A stretch of DNA of 64,000 nt from the human T2T-CHM13v2.0 reference genome, Homo sapiens. The translations under genes were made by a program, and so were the position numbers. This document shows, one piece after another, positions 1-33,740 of this stretch. The notes under the pieces are model-generated. The model saw only the letters and a list, made by a program, of their open reading frames with translations, did no database searches and was not told where the DNA came from. The stretch lies in the NCBI RefSeq assembly GCF_009914755.1, contig NC_060931.1; one strand, 5' to 3'. Position 1 is the stretch's first letter. Each line of letters begins with the position of its first letter.

Positions 1-82
1 GTCACGGGCCATGGTCACCCTCATTTGGGCCAGAATAAATCTCTTCAAATATTTTACAGGACTTGACTTTTTTTTGTCAACA
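1..82 (+). mobile_element. 3' end of MER4-group (ERV1) LTR
   Basis: CCATGGTCAC...CAGAATAAATCTCTTCAAATATTTTACAG...GTCAACA resembles the MER4-type LTR terminus with poly(A) signal. Confidence 0.7.
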
Positions 83-1063
83 TTGAACAGTCTGTAGATG
101 GCTGGTTCTGGGGCCTGAAGTCTGCAGGGCAGGTCCTCTGGGGATGAGGATGAGGATGGATATGAAGTGGAGGAAAGCAAGGATAAACTGGGACTCTTGA
201 GCCCAAAGCTGGAGCCAGAGGACAGATTGGAGCCCACATAGGTCTTTTAGAAAGCTTCCAATTTCAAGGAAGTAGGTGTCCTATAGGGAAAGCTAGAGCC
301 TTCCACTATGGAACCAAACATACATCTGGCCCAAGAGTCAGAGAAGCTGAAAGAGGCTCCAGCAAAATATGGAGGAGCTGTGAGCCACGGGCTGCCACCA
401 ACAAGGTGAGCCAACAGAAAAGCAACAACACGAGCATGTGCTGGGATGGTAGCTGGAGCCTGAGCCAGTCAGCTGAGCACAGAAGGGATACAGCTGCTGT
501 TTCACCTCTGTCTTCCAAATTCCACCCAAGATGTCTCTTGTGGGCCATGCCAGCCTGGAACTATGCAGGGAAGGGGATGCTGGGAGACATTGTTCCAGCT
601 TAGCTCAACTGCTGCAAGCCCAGGCCACACACTTGGGATAGGACGCCCTGCTCTTGCTGGGGAATCCCCTCCATTCTTTCCCTGGAAGTCAAACTGAAGA
701 AAACAAGCCTCCTGCCCAGGGAATTTCTTTGCTTTCATGTTTGCTTTGTTCTCTGTTTTAGTGCCACGGTGGATGTATTCCCTGCTGCCAACTTCTAGTA
801 TGGACACCTGGGTGGGTGCCTTTGCTTCTCTTCAGAACCACCCACACCTTTCTATCCTTGGACTCTCCTCCCCAGAGGGGTCATTATCCCAATCAAACAC
901 AGTTATGATGAACAGAGAATCCCTGACAGTCACCAGGGATGTCACATAAATGACAGTGTAGTTATGTCTACCACACTGTTTATATTCTTGATCTGTAGGA
1001 TAAGTCTAGAACCAGTTACTTTTATTTAAATACTTTAACACTTGGTGATGGCATAATCTAAGT

Positions 1064-1424
1064 CAGTGGTTGTCAAACTTTTGCCTGTGGCAGAATCACC
1101 TGGAATCCTCTGATTCACATTTTGATTTTCTTTTTTTGTTTTTCTTTTATTGAGACAAGGTCTGGCTATGTTGCCTAGGTTAGAGTACAGTGGCTATTCA
1201 CAAGTGCAACCATAGTGCGCTGCAGCCTCAAACTTCCGGCCTCAAGCTATCCTCCTGCCTCAGCCTCCCAAGTAGCTGGGACTGCACTGTATACACCGCA
1301 GCATCCAGCTCCATCCCAAGTTTCTGATTCAGGTCTCTAAAGGGGCCTGAGAACTTGCAGTTCTATCAAGTTTCCAGGGGATGATGATGACATTGGTCTA
1401 GGAGCCACACTTTGAGAACCACTA
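1064..1424. mobile_element. MER5A (hAT) interrupted by an Alu monomer
   Basis: Ends CAGTGGTTGTCAAACTT / TTTGAGAACCACTA; internal AGAATCACCTGG and TTTCTGATTCAG. Confidence 0.75.
1125..1310 (-). mobile_element. FAM (fossil Alu monomer)
   Basis: Single monomer with 7SL-like GTGGCTATTCACA segment absent from dimeric Alus. Confidence 0.7.
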
Positions 1425-1429
1425 GCCTT

Positions 1430-1730
1430 GAGGTTAAGAGGACAAACTTCCAGATCAGACTCCATGGGCTGGACTCCCAATTCACTATTCGTTTGCTTCA
1501 TGACCATGGGCAAGTTACTCAATATCCTCATGCCTCAGTTTCTTTAAATGTAAAATGAGGACAAAAATGGCACCTACTTTTGGGGGTTGTAGTGAGACTT
1601 AAATAAATTAATCCACATAAAGTGTGTATCCATAAAGCACTATATTCATGTTTTATCCATAAAATACTCTATCCACATTAAGTATGGATACAACATACAG
1701 TAAACACTCAACAAATGTTTGCTATTGTTT
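1430..1730 (+). mobile_element. MIR
   Basis: Core GGGCAAGTTACT...GCCTCAGTTTCTTTAAATGTAAAATG. Confidence 0.75.
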
Positions 1731-2053
1731 TAATTCAGCATATGTTTTGTGAGTAAGTGACTATGTAGCAAGTGCATATCGAGTTCTAGATTTACAGATC
1801 TTTCACACTCATAAAGGCTGAGTCTAGAATACACAAGTCTTTGATTTAATTTCTCAGTAACTGACATTTTCTTGTCTCTTCATACCTGTCCCCCTCATAT
1901 GTCTCCAATGATTATCATTGAGCTAGGAAGCACAAGCAAATGCATTAGGAAAAAAGTATTATGATAGAAATACAGCAAGTGTCAGCTCTTTTACAAAATA
2001 TTATTCTAATGGAAAAACTAGCTTTATGGCAAAGTTTCAGTTTAATTTCCTAA

Positions 2054-2485
<432 letters not shown>

Positions 2486-4179
2486 GAGTTAAATCTTTAT
2501 ACACATGTTAAATGATTTCCTTTGGATAAGTTCTTATTACTATAATTGCTGGGTTAAAAGGTATACTTGGCTGGGTGCGGTGGCTCACAGCCTGTAACCA
2601 GGAGATGGAGGTTACAGTGAGCTGAGATTGTGTCACTGCACTCCAGCCCGTGCAACAGAGCGAGACTCTCTCAAACAACAACAAAAGGTATACTGTACTG
2701 TACATATCTTTAAAGCTTCTGACACTATTCTCAATTATATGGACAACGCTGGATATTATAATTTTAAAACTCTCTGCAGTTCTTATAAAATAACCATTGT
2801 GTTTAAAATGTTACATTAAAATTGGTTTAAAATGGTAAATTATTGTTTTTCTTTGCTTTCATGGTATATTTAACTTTCTTAGTTTATAACTCGATTTTGT
2901 TTCAAGCTCTCTATTGATTAAATGGAACAAAATAAAATTAGTTAAATGGAATTAAACTAAATAGAATTCAATTGCCAGTTTCTGTGTGCATATATCCTTC
3001 CAGAGGTATTCTATGCATTTTCCACACAATACACATTTTTCTACTCCTTGCATTTTCATATTTGTTCTTTTTTTAAAAAAAAATCCTAGATTGACTTTAA
3101 AAAAAAAAAAAAACTCTTCTTAACACATGTCACCTGTTACTTAAGCCTCATAATGGTGACAATAACCCAATTTCTTAAGCAGTAAGTTATTTTCATTGCC
3201 TTCTTTTCCTTTCTTGTCATTTGTCTTTTCCTCCAGATGGAATAGTAGGAAGTCAGATCCTGAGAGTCCTGGGGACCCTGAGGAACAAGCTTGCTCACAT
3301 CTGTGTTTTGTGAGCAGGAAAGGCTGAACACGAAGGCCCTGGGCCGAGCTGCAGAAGTCTCTCCTCTAAGATCTGTTGGCAGAGGTAACAGGTAAGAAAT
3401 GACAGATTTCTCCTTGTAAGGAAGTCCCAATCTCTCCTTCTCAACCCCAAGTTTCATTTTTCTCATTCATCTCTCCATTTCTGTTCAACAATGCTTTGCA
3501 TGTAATTGACACTATACAAATGCTTGTTGAATGAACAAATTAATACACAAAAATATCAATGAATAAATGCCAACCCCAGAAATATCTGGTTATGCCTGTT
3601 TGAATAGTCCTAAAGACTTTCATCCATGTGACTGGCTTACTGTGAACCATCAATGACAATGTAGCACAAATGCTAGCGGGATACGGAGGAGTCTTTTCCT
3701 GTTAGAGCTGGAAGAGGCCCTAGAGCTTATCATATCCCAAAGTCCCAAACCAGTGAACGCTAGCAGAGTATACTTATTTACCATGCATAATCTTGTTGCT
3801 GCTGATGTTGACTGTTACTTTGGAATTAGTTACCAACATAGAAAAATTAGGAGACTTCACAAAAAGTGATTCAGGGGCTGTTTGGGGAAAAAAACTAGAA
3901 AATAGCTACAGAAAATAGCCTGGGCTGACTAGTTGCTGCCCCTCTTGCATTCTATTTTATTAGTGTATTTATTCTTCTTGATCTTCTTTCAAGAATGGCT
4001 CCCATTTTAGATGGAGTGTGTTCTATTCATTTAATGCAGCTCCCAACCACCCCCAGTGCACCTGATGCATAGACAGGACCTGTCCAGCCCTGGTAGCAGT
4101 TGCATTTGTGATGCCTAATTTAATCCTATGCCACTCCACTACCCTTTTTTCAATAAGAAAACTGAGGCCCACTCAATTT

Positions 4180-4780
4180 GCCTCCCTAAAAATGTGTCTG
4201 ATTTGGGTCTCATTCCTACATTGTCTTCCATCCACTGCCATAGTAAACACTGAAAAATACAGATGTAACAAGGTCACCCTTCTGCTTAAAATCCTTCGGT
4301 GGCTCCTTACTAGTTTGGAAGATCCCAGTCTTCTTGTCATGGCTAATGAGACCTTTCAATGCAAAGCCTACTTTACCAGCCTTAACTCTGACAACGCTAA
4401 TAAGCCAGCCACACCAAACATCTTCAAGTTATTTTACTCTGCCATATCGTTTTGTGCCTCACTATCTCTGTCTATGCTGATCTCTTTGCCTGGAATGCCC
4501 ATCCTTATCATTTGTCTGACAAACTCATGCACATTCAGCACTTAGCTCAGGCACCTGTGATTCTGCCCTGCCAATGCCTCCACCCTCCTCCTACTTCTCC
4601 TCCTCCTCCATCATCTCTGAGCCATAGGGCTAAGCTCACACCTCTATTTATAGCTCTTAGAACAGTCAGTTATAACTTCCCTACTAGAGTATGTGCTCCT
4701 TGAGGGAAGAGACCACAGACCATTCATTTTTATCTTCTGCATTTTTTCCCAGTGTTCAATAAATGTTGAATAAACAAATG
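4180..4780 (+). mobile_element. L2 3' end
   Basis: CTGCTTAAAATCCTTC, GCCTGGAATGCCC, CTCCTTGAGGG, TCAATAAATGTTGAAT. Confidence 0.7.
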
Positions 4781-4949
4781 ATTATCTTGCTCCAGGTGAC
4801 TTTGTTAGTGACCTAGCTGTGAGAAAATATGGTCTTCAAGTTTTAAAGGAATCCTTTAAAGGTTTAAAAAAAGTTTTAAACCTCATTTTGGCCTCAGCTT
4901 CCCAGTTATAAAGTTAACCCCCAAATGTCATTTGACTCCAGATAATTAG

Positions 4950-5386
4950 CATAACCCAATCCTGGAAATTCAATACTTCTTGCTAGTGTTTGGTTCGTGG
5001 ATGAGCTTGTAATGAAAACCTGGTTAATAAAACATGAGGGAATCCTGCTCTCAGGAAGACAGTTCTGAGACATTTTCCTCTATCCAAAGAAAAGCCACAG
5101 AGCAGATGCCTCCTCCCTTTATCTTTTGGATATTATCATTTCAAAATACTATGTATGGAAGTGCTGACGGCATCTTGCCATCAACCTGAAAATAAAGCCA
5201 ATACTAGTGCTGGGAGAATGGAGAGATGGAAAAAAAGCTTGGAACTAAGGCATCAAGAAGCCGCTGAGCCACCAACCCTGATTCTTGTTCCATTGCTACA
5301 TCAAATAACACATTTCCTCCTCGTTAAGCCAGTTTAAGTCAAGACTGAATATTTTAATTTGGAACTAAACCATACTAGCTGATACA
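4950..5386 (+). mobile_element. Old MaLR/ERVL LTR (MLT1-like)
   Basis: TTAAGCCAGTTTAAG...CTGATACA terminus. Confidence 0.55.
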
Positions 5387-5654
5387 GTTCTTCAGTTCCC
5401 ATTATAATTCCTAAAATGACTACATATAATCCTCAACTTTCTAATCCCTTTGTTAGTCTATGAATAGCCTAATTAATCAGGTAAGCTTTGGATGATCTAA
5501 AATTAGGCACCAAGAAGGGGGAAGGGGCATGACCAGAGATTCCTTAACTCTCTGTTTTCTCCTTGTCAGTCCTATACATGGCTCTTAATAAATAAAGTAC
5601 ATCTTAGAGTTGGCCATGGTGAGTCTCATTCCATCATTCCCTACCATGAGCCAT

Positions 5655-6505
5655 GCTGTCAGCTCCTCTGCAACTTTCAGTCACACTTCTCCTTCCTAAC
5701 AGCACCCAGATTTTGTTCACAAGAAAACCCATCCTTCTCACAGCCACAATACCCCTACTTGTAAAGATAGGCCTGATTCTTCCACAGACAATCCCACTGA
5801 CCCTTGTCAATGATCAGCTATGCGTGGTCCTGTAACTGGGTTCTGGCCAATGAGACAGGAGGAGAATTTATTAGGAAGCTTCTGGGAAAACCTCCCCCAG
5901 TCCTAAAAGAGAGCTATAGGAGAAACCGTCCTTATTCCTCTTGACATTGCCCTGTCAGAATGTGAATACGCCAATTACTGCTGCCATCTTGTTATGAGCT
6001 TGAGGATGAAGCTGACAACAAAAACATCAGAAGAATGATGGAAGGAATCCAGATCCTTTTTTTGAGACAGAGTCTCACGTTGTCACTCAGGCTGAAGTGC
6101 AATGGCACGATCTCAGCTCACTGGACCTCCATCTCCCAGGTTTAGGTGATTCTCTTCCCTCAGCCTCCCAAATAGCTGGAATTACAGGCATGCGCCACCA
6201 CCCCCAGCTAATTTTTGTATTTTTTGGTACAGACGGGGCTTCACCATGTTGGCCAGGCTGGTCTCGAACTTCACCTGCTTTGGCCTCCCAAAGTGTTGCG
6301 ATTACAGGCGTGAGCCACCACACCTGGCCTGGAATCCAGGTTCCTGATAGCACATTGAGTTGTTGAATTGTTGAGTTGACCAATCCTGAAGCACTTCCTA
6401 GTCTAGTTGGGGATTTTAGTAATGTATGATAATGCATTATCTTATTTTTAAGCCAATTCAATTTAGACTTTCTGATACTTGTTCTTAAAACATCCAAAAG
6501 ATACA
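5655..6505 (+). mobile_element. Old MaLR/ERVL LTR interrupted by antisense Alu (6057-6329)
   Basis: TTCTGGCCAATGAGAC, GCTTCTGGGAAA, GCTGCCATCTTG, ...AGATACA end; Alu flanked by GGAATCCAG duplication. Confidence 0.6.
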
Positions 6506-7123
6506 TCCACAGAAAAGGAAGAATGTGCCTTGCAACCATTTGTTACTTTCCTTACAGCTCTGAGATATTTTTGTATATTTTGTTTGATGGGTGAAGATCA
6601 ATTTTTCACTAAGGGTCTGAAATAGGAATGAGGTGACCTTAAAGGGATATTTTGGAATCAGCTACTCTTCAGTTCTCTTTTCCAACAGAAATCAAATGGT
6701 ACGTAAATGTTTTAGTTAAGATAGCATAGGATATGATACAATATCAAATTCCCAATACCAAATTTTGACGTCTGGCTCACCAACATCAAAATTCGATGTT
6801 GGTGAGCCAGAGTTCTCCTCCATCTGGTGACTCAGGAATCCAGGCTTCTTCTATCTAGAAATGGTGCCCTTTCAATATAGGGCTTTCAGGGTCACCATGG
6901 CAGGGAACAAAGCACATGGAGTTAACACACCAGTTCTTAAACATGTCCATCTAGAAGAGACACACATCTCTTACGTTCACATTTCACTGGCAAGAAGCAG
7001 ACACGTGTCTTGCCTAATGACTAGACAGCTGGGAACTGTAGTCTCCCCTTATTCCTACAAAGGAGAGGTGAGCCACATATGATAAGCTTTATCATTTATT
7101 TATTTTTTAACTTTGCTATTAGA

Positions 7124-7413
7124 TTTTTGAGACAGGATCTCACTCTGTCACCCAGGCTGAAGTGCAGTGGCACAATCACAGCTCACTGCAGCCTCAACCT
7201 CCTGACCTCAGGTGATCCTCCCATTTCAGCCTCCTGAGTAGCTGAGACTATAAGTGTGTGCCCCACATCTGGCTAATTTTATTGTTATTTTTATATATGT
7301 AGAGACAGAGTCTCACTGTGTTGCCTGGGCTGATCCTGAACTCCTGGTCTCAAGCGATCTTCCCACCTCAGCCTCCCAAAGTGCTGAGATTACAGGTGTG
7401 AGCCACTGTGCCC
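7124..7413 (-). mobile_element. AluJ
   Basis: Diverged antisense Alu. Confidence 0.85.
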
Positions 7414-7467
7414 AATGATAAGCCCTTTTAGTCTCTACCACAGTGTCAAAATTTATTTTTTAGTTTT

Positions 7468-14040
<6,573 letters not shown>

Positions 14041-14046
14041 AATCTA

Positions 14047-21564
<7,518 letters not shown>

Positions 21565-21599
21565 AGTTTCACAGTTTCTTATGAAATGAAAGCATGTAA

Positions 21600-24130
<2,531 letters not shown>

Positions 24131-24139
24131 AAAGTTCTT

Positions 24140-24395
24140 TCAGGAGCTGAGTCCCTCCAATAAGGGACAAAGCTAGCCCATGATGACTTCTTAGAGAGGA
24201 CATTGGAGGAATAAATATCTCAATCTCACTTTCCCCCCTCTCTCTGGTCTCCTTCTGGGTTTGCCATGGACTGAACTCAAACAGAAACCAGAGAGAAAAA
24301 AGTTCACCAATGATTGTAGACCATCTGTCACCCTCCGAGGGCATAGAGTAGGGTGGAGAGTGGATCTGGAGGGGCAAATAGATGATGTCCTGCAC
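24140..24395 (-). mobile_element. LTR33-like ERVL LTR (5' part)
   Basis: Minus strand TGTG...TTTGCCCCTCCAGATCCACTCTCCACCCT. Confidence 0.65.
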
Positions 24396-24642
24396 AGCAG
24401 ATGAATGTAATCAAGGAAGAACAGAGAACAAAGAAGAAATTGAAAGATGGGAAAATTAAGCTGGATAAGGGGGTTGGTGAGGATGTGGCAAGAAAGTGAT
24501 GAGAAAGACACAGGATCCTACAGCTCTAGGTGGAAAGGAAGGTATCTAAGTGGGGATACTAGAGTAAACTGGAAAGACAGAAGGTGCCCATCGAGAATGG
24601 AATTGATGAAAATAAAAGTTATTGGTTATGGTAAGGTTTTGA

Positions 24643-25159
24643 GCAGCCCTGGCCAATACAACTTTCTATAATGATGGAAATATTCTTTATCTGTGCTATC
24701 AAATACAGTAGTTACTAGCTGCATGGAGCTACTGATCATTTGAAATGTGGCTAGCATGAGTGAGAAATGAAATTTTTAATTTTATGTAATTTTAGTTAAT
24801 TTAAATTTAAAGTCCAGGTGCGGTGGCTCACACCTGTAATCCCAGCACTTTGGGAGACTGAGGCAGGGGGATCGCTTGAGGTCAGGAGTTTGAGACTAGC
24901 CTGGGCAACATGGTGAAACCCTGTCTCTACCAAAAAAAAATATAAAAATTAGCCAAGTGTGGTGGTCCCAGTTACTCAGGAGGCTGAGGTGGGAGGATTG
25001 CTTGAACCCAGGAGGTGGAGGTTGTAGTAAGCCAAGATCGTACCACTGCATTCCAGGCTGGGCAACATAGCAAGACTCTGTCTCAAAACAAACAAACAAA
25101 CAACAAATACATTTAAATAGCCACACATGGCTAGTGGCTACTGAATTGGAGAGCACAGG
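24643..25159. mobile_element. MER3 (hAT) interrupted by Alu (24811-25105)
   Basis: CCAATACAACTTTCTATAATGATGGAAAT...AAATAGCCACACATGGCTAGTGGCTAC. Confidence 0.8.
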
Positions 25160-25449
25160 ACTAGAGTATGAGCATGTCAGCTGCTTTATTGGGAGGTGTA
25201 ATCCCAGGGAAGCAAAGAGTAATGGAAAAAAGGAAGAAAGAGAAACAAACCCAGTGCTGCCATGGGCATCAGGGAGGTCAGGCCAAAGCCAGGCACTCAC
25301 CCCAGGGGAGTGTGAGTCAACTGTGGGTCAGCTGTGGTGTTAGGAGACCAGACGAGCTCCACCGAGCAAGAGGCCAAGGTCCAAGGGTAGGGCAGAGTGG
25401 GGCCAAGTGAGTCTGGATGGGGCACAAACTCAGTCAGGTATATTGTGAG

Positions 25450-26905
<1,456 letters not shown>

Positions 26906-28099
26906 AAAAAAGTGACCAGCTTGTGTTTCTAAATTAAAAAAAAAGAAGTACTTTGAAAGCGGTTTACAAGTATATTTTTTGAAGTACCCAAAAACATCTT
27001 TGATTTGAATTCATTTATTTCTGTTGAATTGCAGTGACCGGTTAAAACATAAAACAGAAGACTTATTCTTCCAAAAAATGTTTAGGGGCCCCAATCTCAT
27101 TTGTTAGGAAAGTGCAACAGGAGAGCTGCTATCGTTGAGATCACACTTGCTCTGACTTGTCAAGAGTTACTTCTTGTGTCTTCGTCCCGCCAAGTAACAG
27201 GCTCAGCTATCATAACCTCTAATCCCTTGGATCCAGCTGCCCTTCAGACTGTCAGAGCCTGAGCCACGTAGCTCCCATGCACAGCAAGCCTCTTTCAGAT
27301 CTGAGTGTTGCAAGGAAATGACAATGGAATGAAGGGATTAAAAGCAAAGACCCTCCACACTCCTCTGAGTAGAACTCAATAATTACAATGAGCTGTGAAC
27401 TGTTAAATGTTTGCACTTTATGCAAATACAGAGATATTTCAAAAGTCTTTTAAAAATAGGGTTATTACTTGCCAGCCTTCAACTCTCTGAGTAAGACGAT
27501 ATGGGAGTGACGCTAATGTGCTAGAGGTAGGCAGGGCTCTTGAAGAAGCCTCCATTCCCAAAAGCACAGTGTAATGATGAGCCAGCTCATGACTGAAGAC
27601 TTGTCCTGTGAACTTTATGAACTTCAGGCTGTGGAAACAAACTGGCACCTGCAAATGGAGTCGTTACACTGAGAAACCAATGCTGGAAGGGAAGAAAAGG
27701 TCACCCAAATGTTAGATTGAGTCAGGTGTCCTGGACGTCCGGAGCCTCCTCATCATGCAAGAGGACAAATGGGAGTGCTGTCTTTTTTTTTCTTTTTTAA
27801 TTGGACCCACTGAATGGAAGGAGTGCTGCCTTTACAGTATGACTCCCTTCACCTTAACTCAGACCGTGGGGCAGGGCCAAAAGGTACAATGATCATCAAT
27901 ATTGTTTTCTTTCATGGGGAGTTAACTGGTGGTCTACTACTGATGTAAACACTTATATGAATTGTCTCTAAGGACATTTTTCTTTTAATTGTTTCTTTGT
28001 CAGGCAAGGACATGTTTTTGTTTTAGGGAAGAAGAATCTAAAATATAATATACCCTGTGATGATGGTATGCTATAGAAACACATTTCAAATAAACTTTG

Positions 28100-28690
28100 C
28101 AGGTTGGGCACAAGGGCTTATGCCTGTAATCCCAGCACTTTGGGAGGCTGAGGCAGGAGGATCACTTGAGCTCAGGATTCAAGACCAACCTGGGCAACGT
28201 AGGCAGAAGCAGTCTCTAAAAAACCAAAAAATTAGTCGGGTGTGGTGGTATACACCTGTGACCCCAGATACTGGGGAGGTTGAGTGGAAAGATTGCTCGA
28301 GCCTGAGAGGTCAAGGCTGCAGTGAACTGTGATTGCACCACTGCACTCCAGTCTGGGCAACAGAGAGAGACCCTGTCTCTAGATACATAAACCTTCCCCC
28401 CAAAGAGATAAAAACTGTGCTGTCAGAAAGGAAACAAGTCTGCTTTATGTTTTTATGTTTTTGTGCCCAGAGTAGTCCCCTCCATACACACAGTAGGACT
28501 CAACAAATCTTTGTCATCAAATGTTGATAATGAAAAGTCTTGATCTGGCCCAGTGTGGTTGTTCATACCTGTAATCCCAGCACTTTGGGAGGCCAGGGTG
28601 GGAGGTTGCTTGAGGCCAGGAGTTTGAGACCAGCTTGGGCAATATAGCAAGATCCTGGACAATATAGTTAGACCTCTCTGTCTCTACCCC
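28100..28690 (+). mobile_element. AluJ (28100-28390) and Alu monomer (28547-28690)
   Basis: Diverged Alu matches. Confidence 0.8.
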
Positions 28691-28924
28691 AAACAAAGTG
28701 GGGGCAGGGGGGGCTTGATTAAAAAAAGAAAAATTGTCCTGGGCTTTCTGAAGTAATGGCTAGGGAATGAAAACATACATGCTTTGACTTTACATTATCT
28801 CATGAGGCGTTAACCCAGCTGTCCTTTCCCAAACAGCTGTGAAAAAAATGTCTCAAAACAATTGTGTGTTCTTTAGACTATTTTTCCCATTTCATCCCAT
28901 CTCCATTCTCAAGCATTTACAAAT

Positions 28925-29120
28925 ACTGCTTAAGTTTCTATTCCTTGCTAGTTGTATGATGTTGAGAAAAGTGAATAATTTCCTTAAATTTTATTTCCAC
29001 ATCTGTGAAATAGGAATGATAATAATGATACCTACCTCACAGGGGTGTTTTGAAAAGTAAATGAGTTATTGCCTGTGAATGTTTTCAGCCGAATTCTCAG
29101 TGTACTGTAGCTATTCATAG
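28925..29120 (+). mobile_element. MIR
   Basis: CATCTGTGAAATAGGAATGATAAT...CCTACCTCACAGGG. Confidence 0.7.
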
Positions 29121-29984
29121 GATTATCGGATTTTAAAAATATGCAAAAATGGCAGTTAAGCTTTACTGGTGATATTATAATTTTTTTTAAGGAAAAGGGA
29201 AAGGAGCAGAAAATAGTCCATATTTTGAAAAATATTTTAAAAGAAGGTGAGTGACTTGGTACCCAAAACATTTTTCTCAGATTTAGGTCAGTCTCCTTTT
29301 TCTGGTCAGTTTGAATTTTCTTTCATTTGTGAAGGATTTCATTTAAATCAACGACCTTTATAAATCTAGATTTTTTTCAGAGAAATACAAAAACTTATCA
29401 GGAAAAAAAATTTCACAGCATTTCTGGTTTTTATCTGTCTCAATTGATAGATTCTTATCATTTCTTTTATAATTTTCTTGTAAAATGGGGCATACTGTTA
29501 AACTTTCATAAATCCTCTCATTCTCAATTAAAATTTTTCACAAAAAAAGCTCTTGCAATAAGTTTCTGCTGGTATGTACAGAGACGAACTTGGAAATCAA
29601 GTCTTTTTAAAAATCATGAGCATGAAGAAATAGTCTGTGAATGCCTACTACTTTACACAACATGCTGAGCAATGGGAAAATAATTCATGTTTTTGGGAAA
29701 CTTATATTCAAGTTGTTCAAAAGAAAAGTTAGGAGAGTTGATTATGAGTACAGTGTTCTATGAGAAAACAATCCTCTTTCCTTGGTAGAACTTTGTTCTT
29801 TTTTGTTTTGTTTTGTGTAATTCTGGTGTTAAGGTCTAGGACACCCCCTGTGGGAAGTGGGGAAGAGGGCAATTGAATTGTAAAGGGATCTAAGGGTAGG
29901 AAGAACTTGATTATTCATCAGGCTTGGGATTTGCCTATTTTATAAATGAGCTGAGAACTAAAGTCATTATTTAGAAACAAAAGA

Positions 29985-31450
<1,466 letters not shown>

Positions 31451-32148
31451 GGAAAAACAAATGACAACCCTGTATTGAAGACAATGGGGATCCAGTAAAG
31501 GATTTATTAGGGGAAGGCCTTAAGCAGATTTGCCTTTGAGCAAGGTCCCTCAGGACTAGTGTGGAGAACAGATTGAGGAATATAATCTGGCTATTTGTCT
31601 AGTTTTCATAAGTGTCATAAAGGGAAGAAAGTGACATATAATAAACCTATTTCTAAAGTTTAATCTAATTTTAATTTCTTAATATTGCTCTCAGAAACAT
31701 CTTTAGTAGAGATCTTTAGTAATTATACTACTTAACTATATCAATTCAACTTGCAAACATCATGTAACTATATACTGCTACTGTGGTGGTAGGTTTTTAT
31801 AAAAACAAGAATTTCTAGATAATCTGGGTGTTGTTCCAGAGATGATTTTCCCCTTGTGCAATCTCTATGGGCTGATTCCTTTGGATTTATCATTTGAAAT
31901 AATTAGTCATGCCATATGTCATGAACAATTGTATAATTAAAGAATCTATACTTCCTTTATGAAAAGCACAAAATAGCTCCATGAAATATGGGTGGCACTT
32001 ATGAGTTTTCTCATAGATGATTTCAAAATGACATGACCTGAATGGATTCTTAATTTTTTGGTTCCTCCATATTGTAAAACTTAACAGATTACCTTACTCA
32101 ATTGTTTCATTTCCACAGTTTAAAGCATACTGAAGATTAAAGACTCTG

Positions 32149-32461
<313 letters not shown>

Positions 32462-32854
32462 TCATGACCTTCATAAAGATAAATTCTGAGGGACATAAAA
32501 GTGCATTTTGTCGGTTCTTCCAAATCTGCTAAGACCTATTTTCCTTCAGGGAGAGATAATGTCTTTTGAACTCTTCCAAATTTTTCCAGCTATTGGCCTC
32601 TTCTGTTATTGCTGGCAAAAAATGCAGTTATCCTTACTTTCAGAGTAAGTTCCTGGCATGCCTAATAATACCTACCTGTCTTTCAAGCTCAAGGAATAAA
32701 AAATAACTCATAATGGAAAGCAACAGTCACCTGCCCCACCCCTTACGCCATTTTCCAGAAGCAACTACTTTGAATCATTTTGTTGCTATTTCTTAATTAA
32801 TCAAGTTTAGACATCTTTTTACTTCCTGCTATGAGTTGAAAATTCAGCACACTT

Positions 32855-33217
<363 letters not shown>

Positions 33218-33384
33218 TCATAGCCAATTCAGTATTTATTAGTACTTTCTCTACCGCAGAGGTTGCAAACAGATGGTCTGCAGGCTAGACTTGACTGTAG
33301 GTATATTTGGTTTGGATTGTAGTAATTTTTTTTAAAGCCAACATTGAAAAATTATTAGATTTATTATTTTTTTAATCCAAATGT

Positions 33385-33700
33385 TGGCCCAGCGTGGTGG
33401 CTCACACCTATAATCCCAGCACTTTGGGAGGCTGAGGCAGGAGGATCACTTGAGCCCAAGAATTCAAGACCAGCCTAGGCAACATAGTGGGAACCCATCT
33501 CTACAAAAAAAAAAAAAATAGGAAACATTAGCTAGAGGTGGTGGTGTGTGCCTGTGGGCCCAGCTACTCATAGGAGGCTGAAGCGGGGGGATTACTTGAG
33601 CCCAGGAGGTCCAGGCTTCAGTGAGCTGTGATTGCGCCACTGCACTCTAGCCTGGGCAATAGAGCGAGACCTTGTCTCAAAAAAAAAAAAAAAAGAAAGA
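33385..33700 (+). mobile_element. AluJ
   Basis: Diverged Alu. Confidence 0.85.
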
Positions 33701-33740
33701 AAATGTTTAACTTTTCACAAAAAGTCAGTTGTAGCACATA

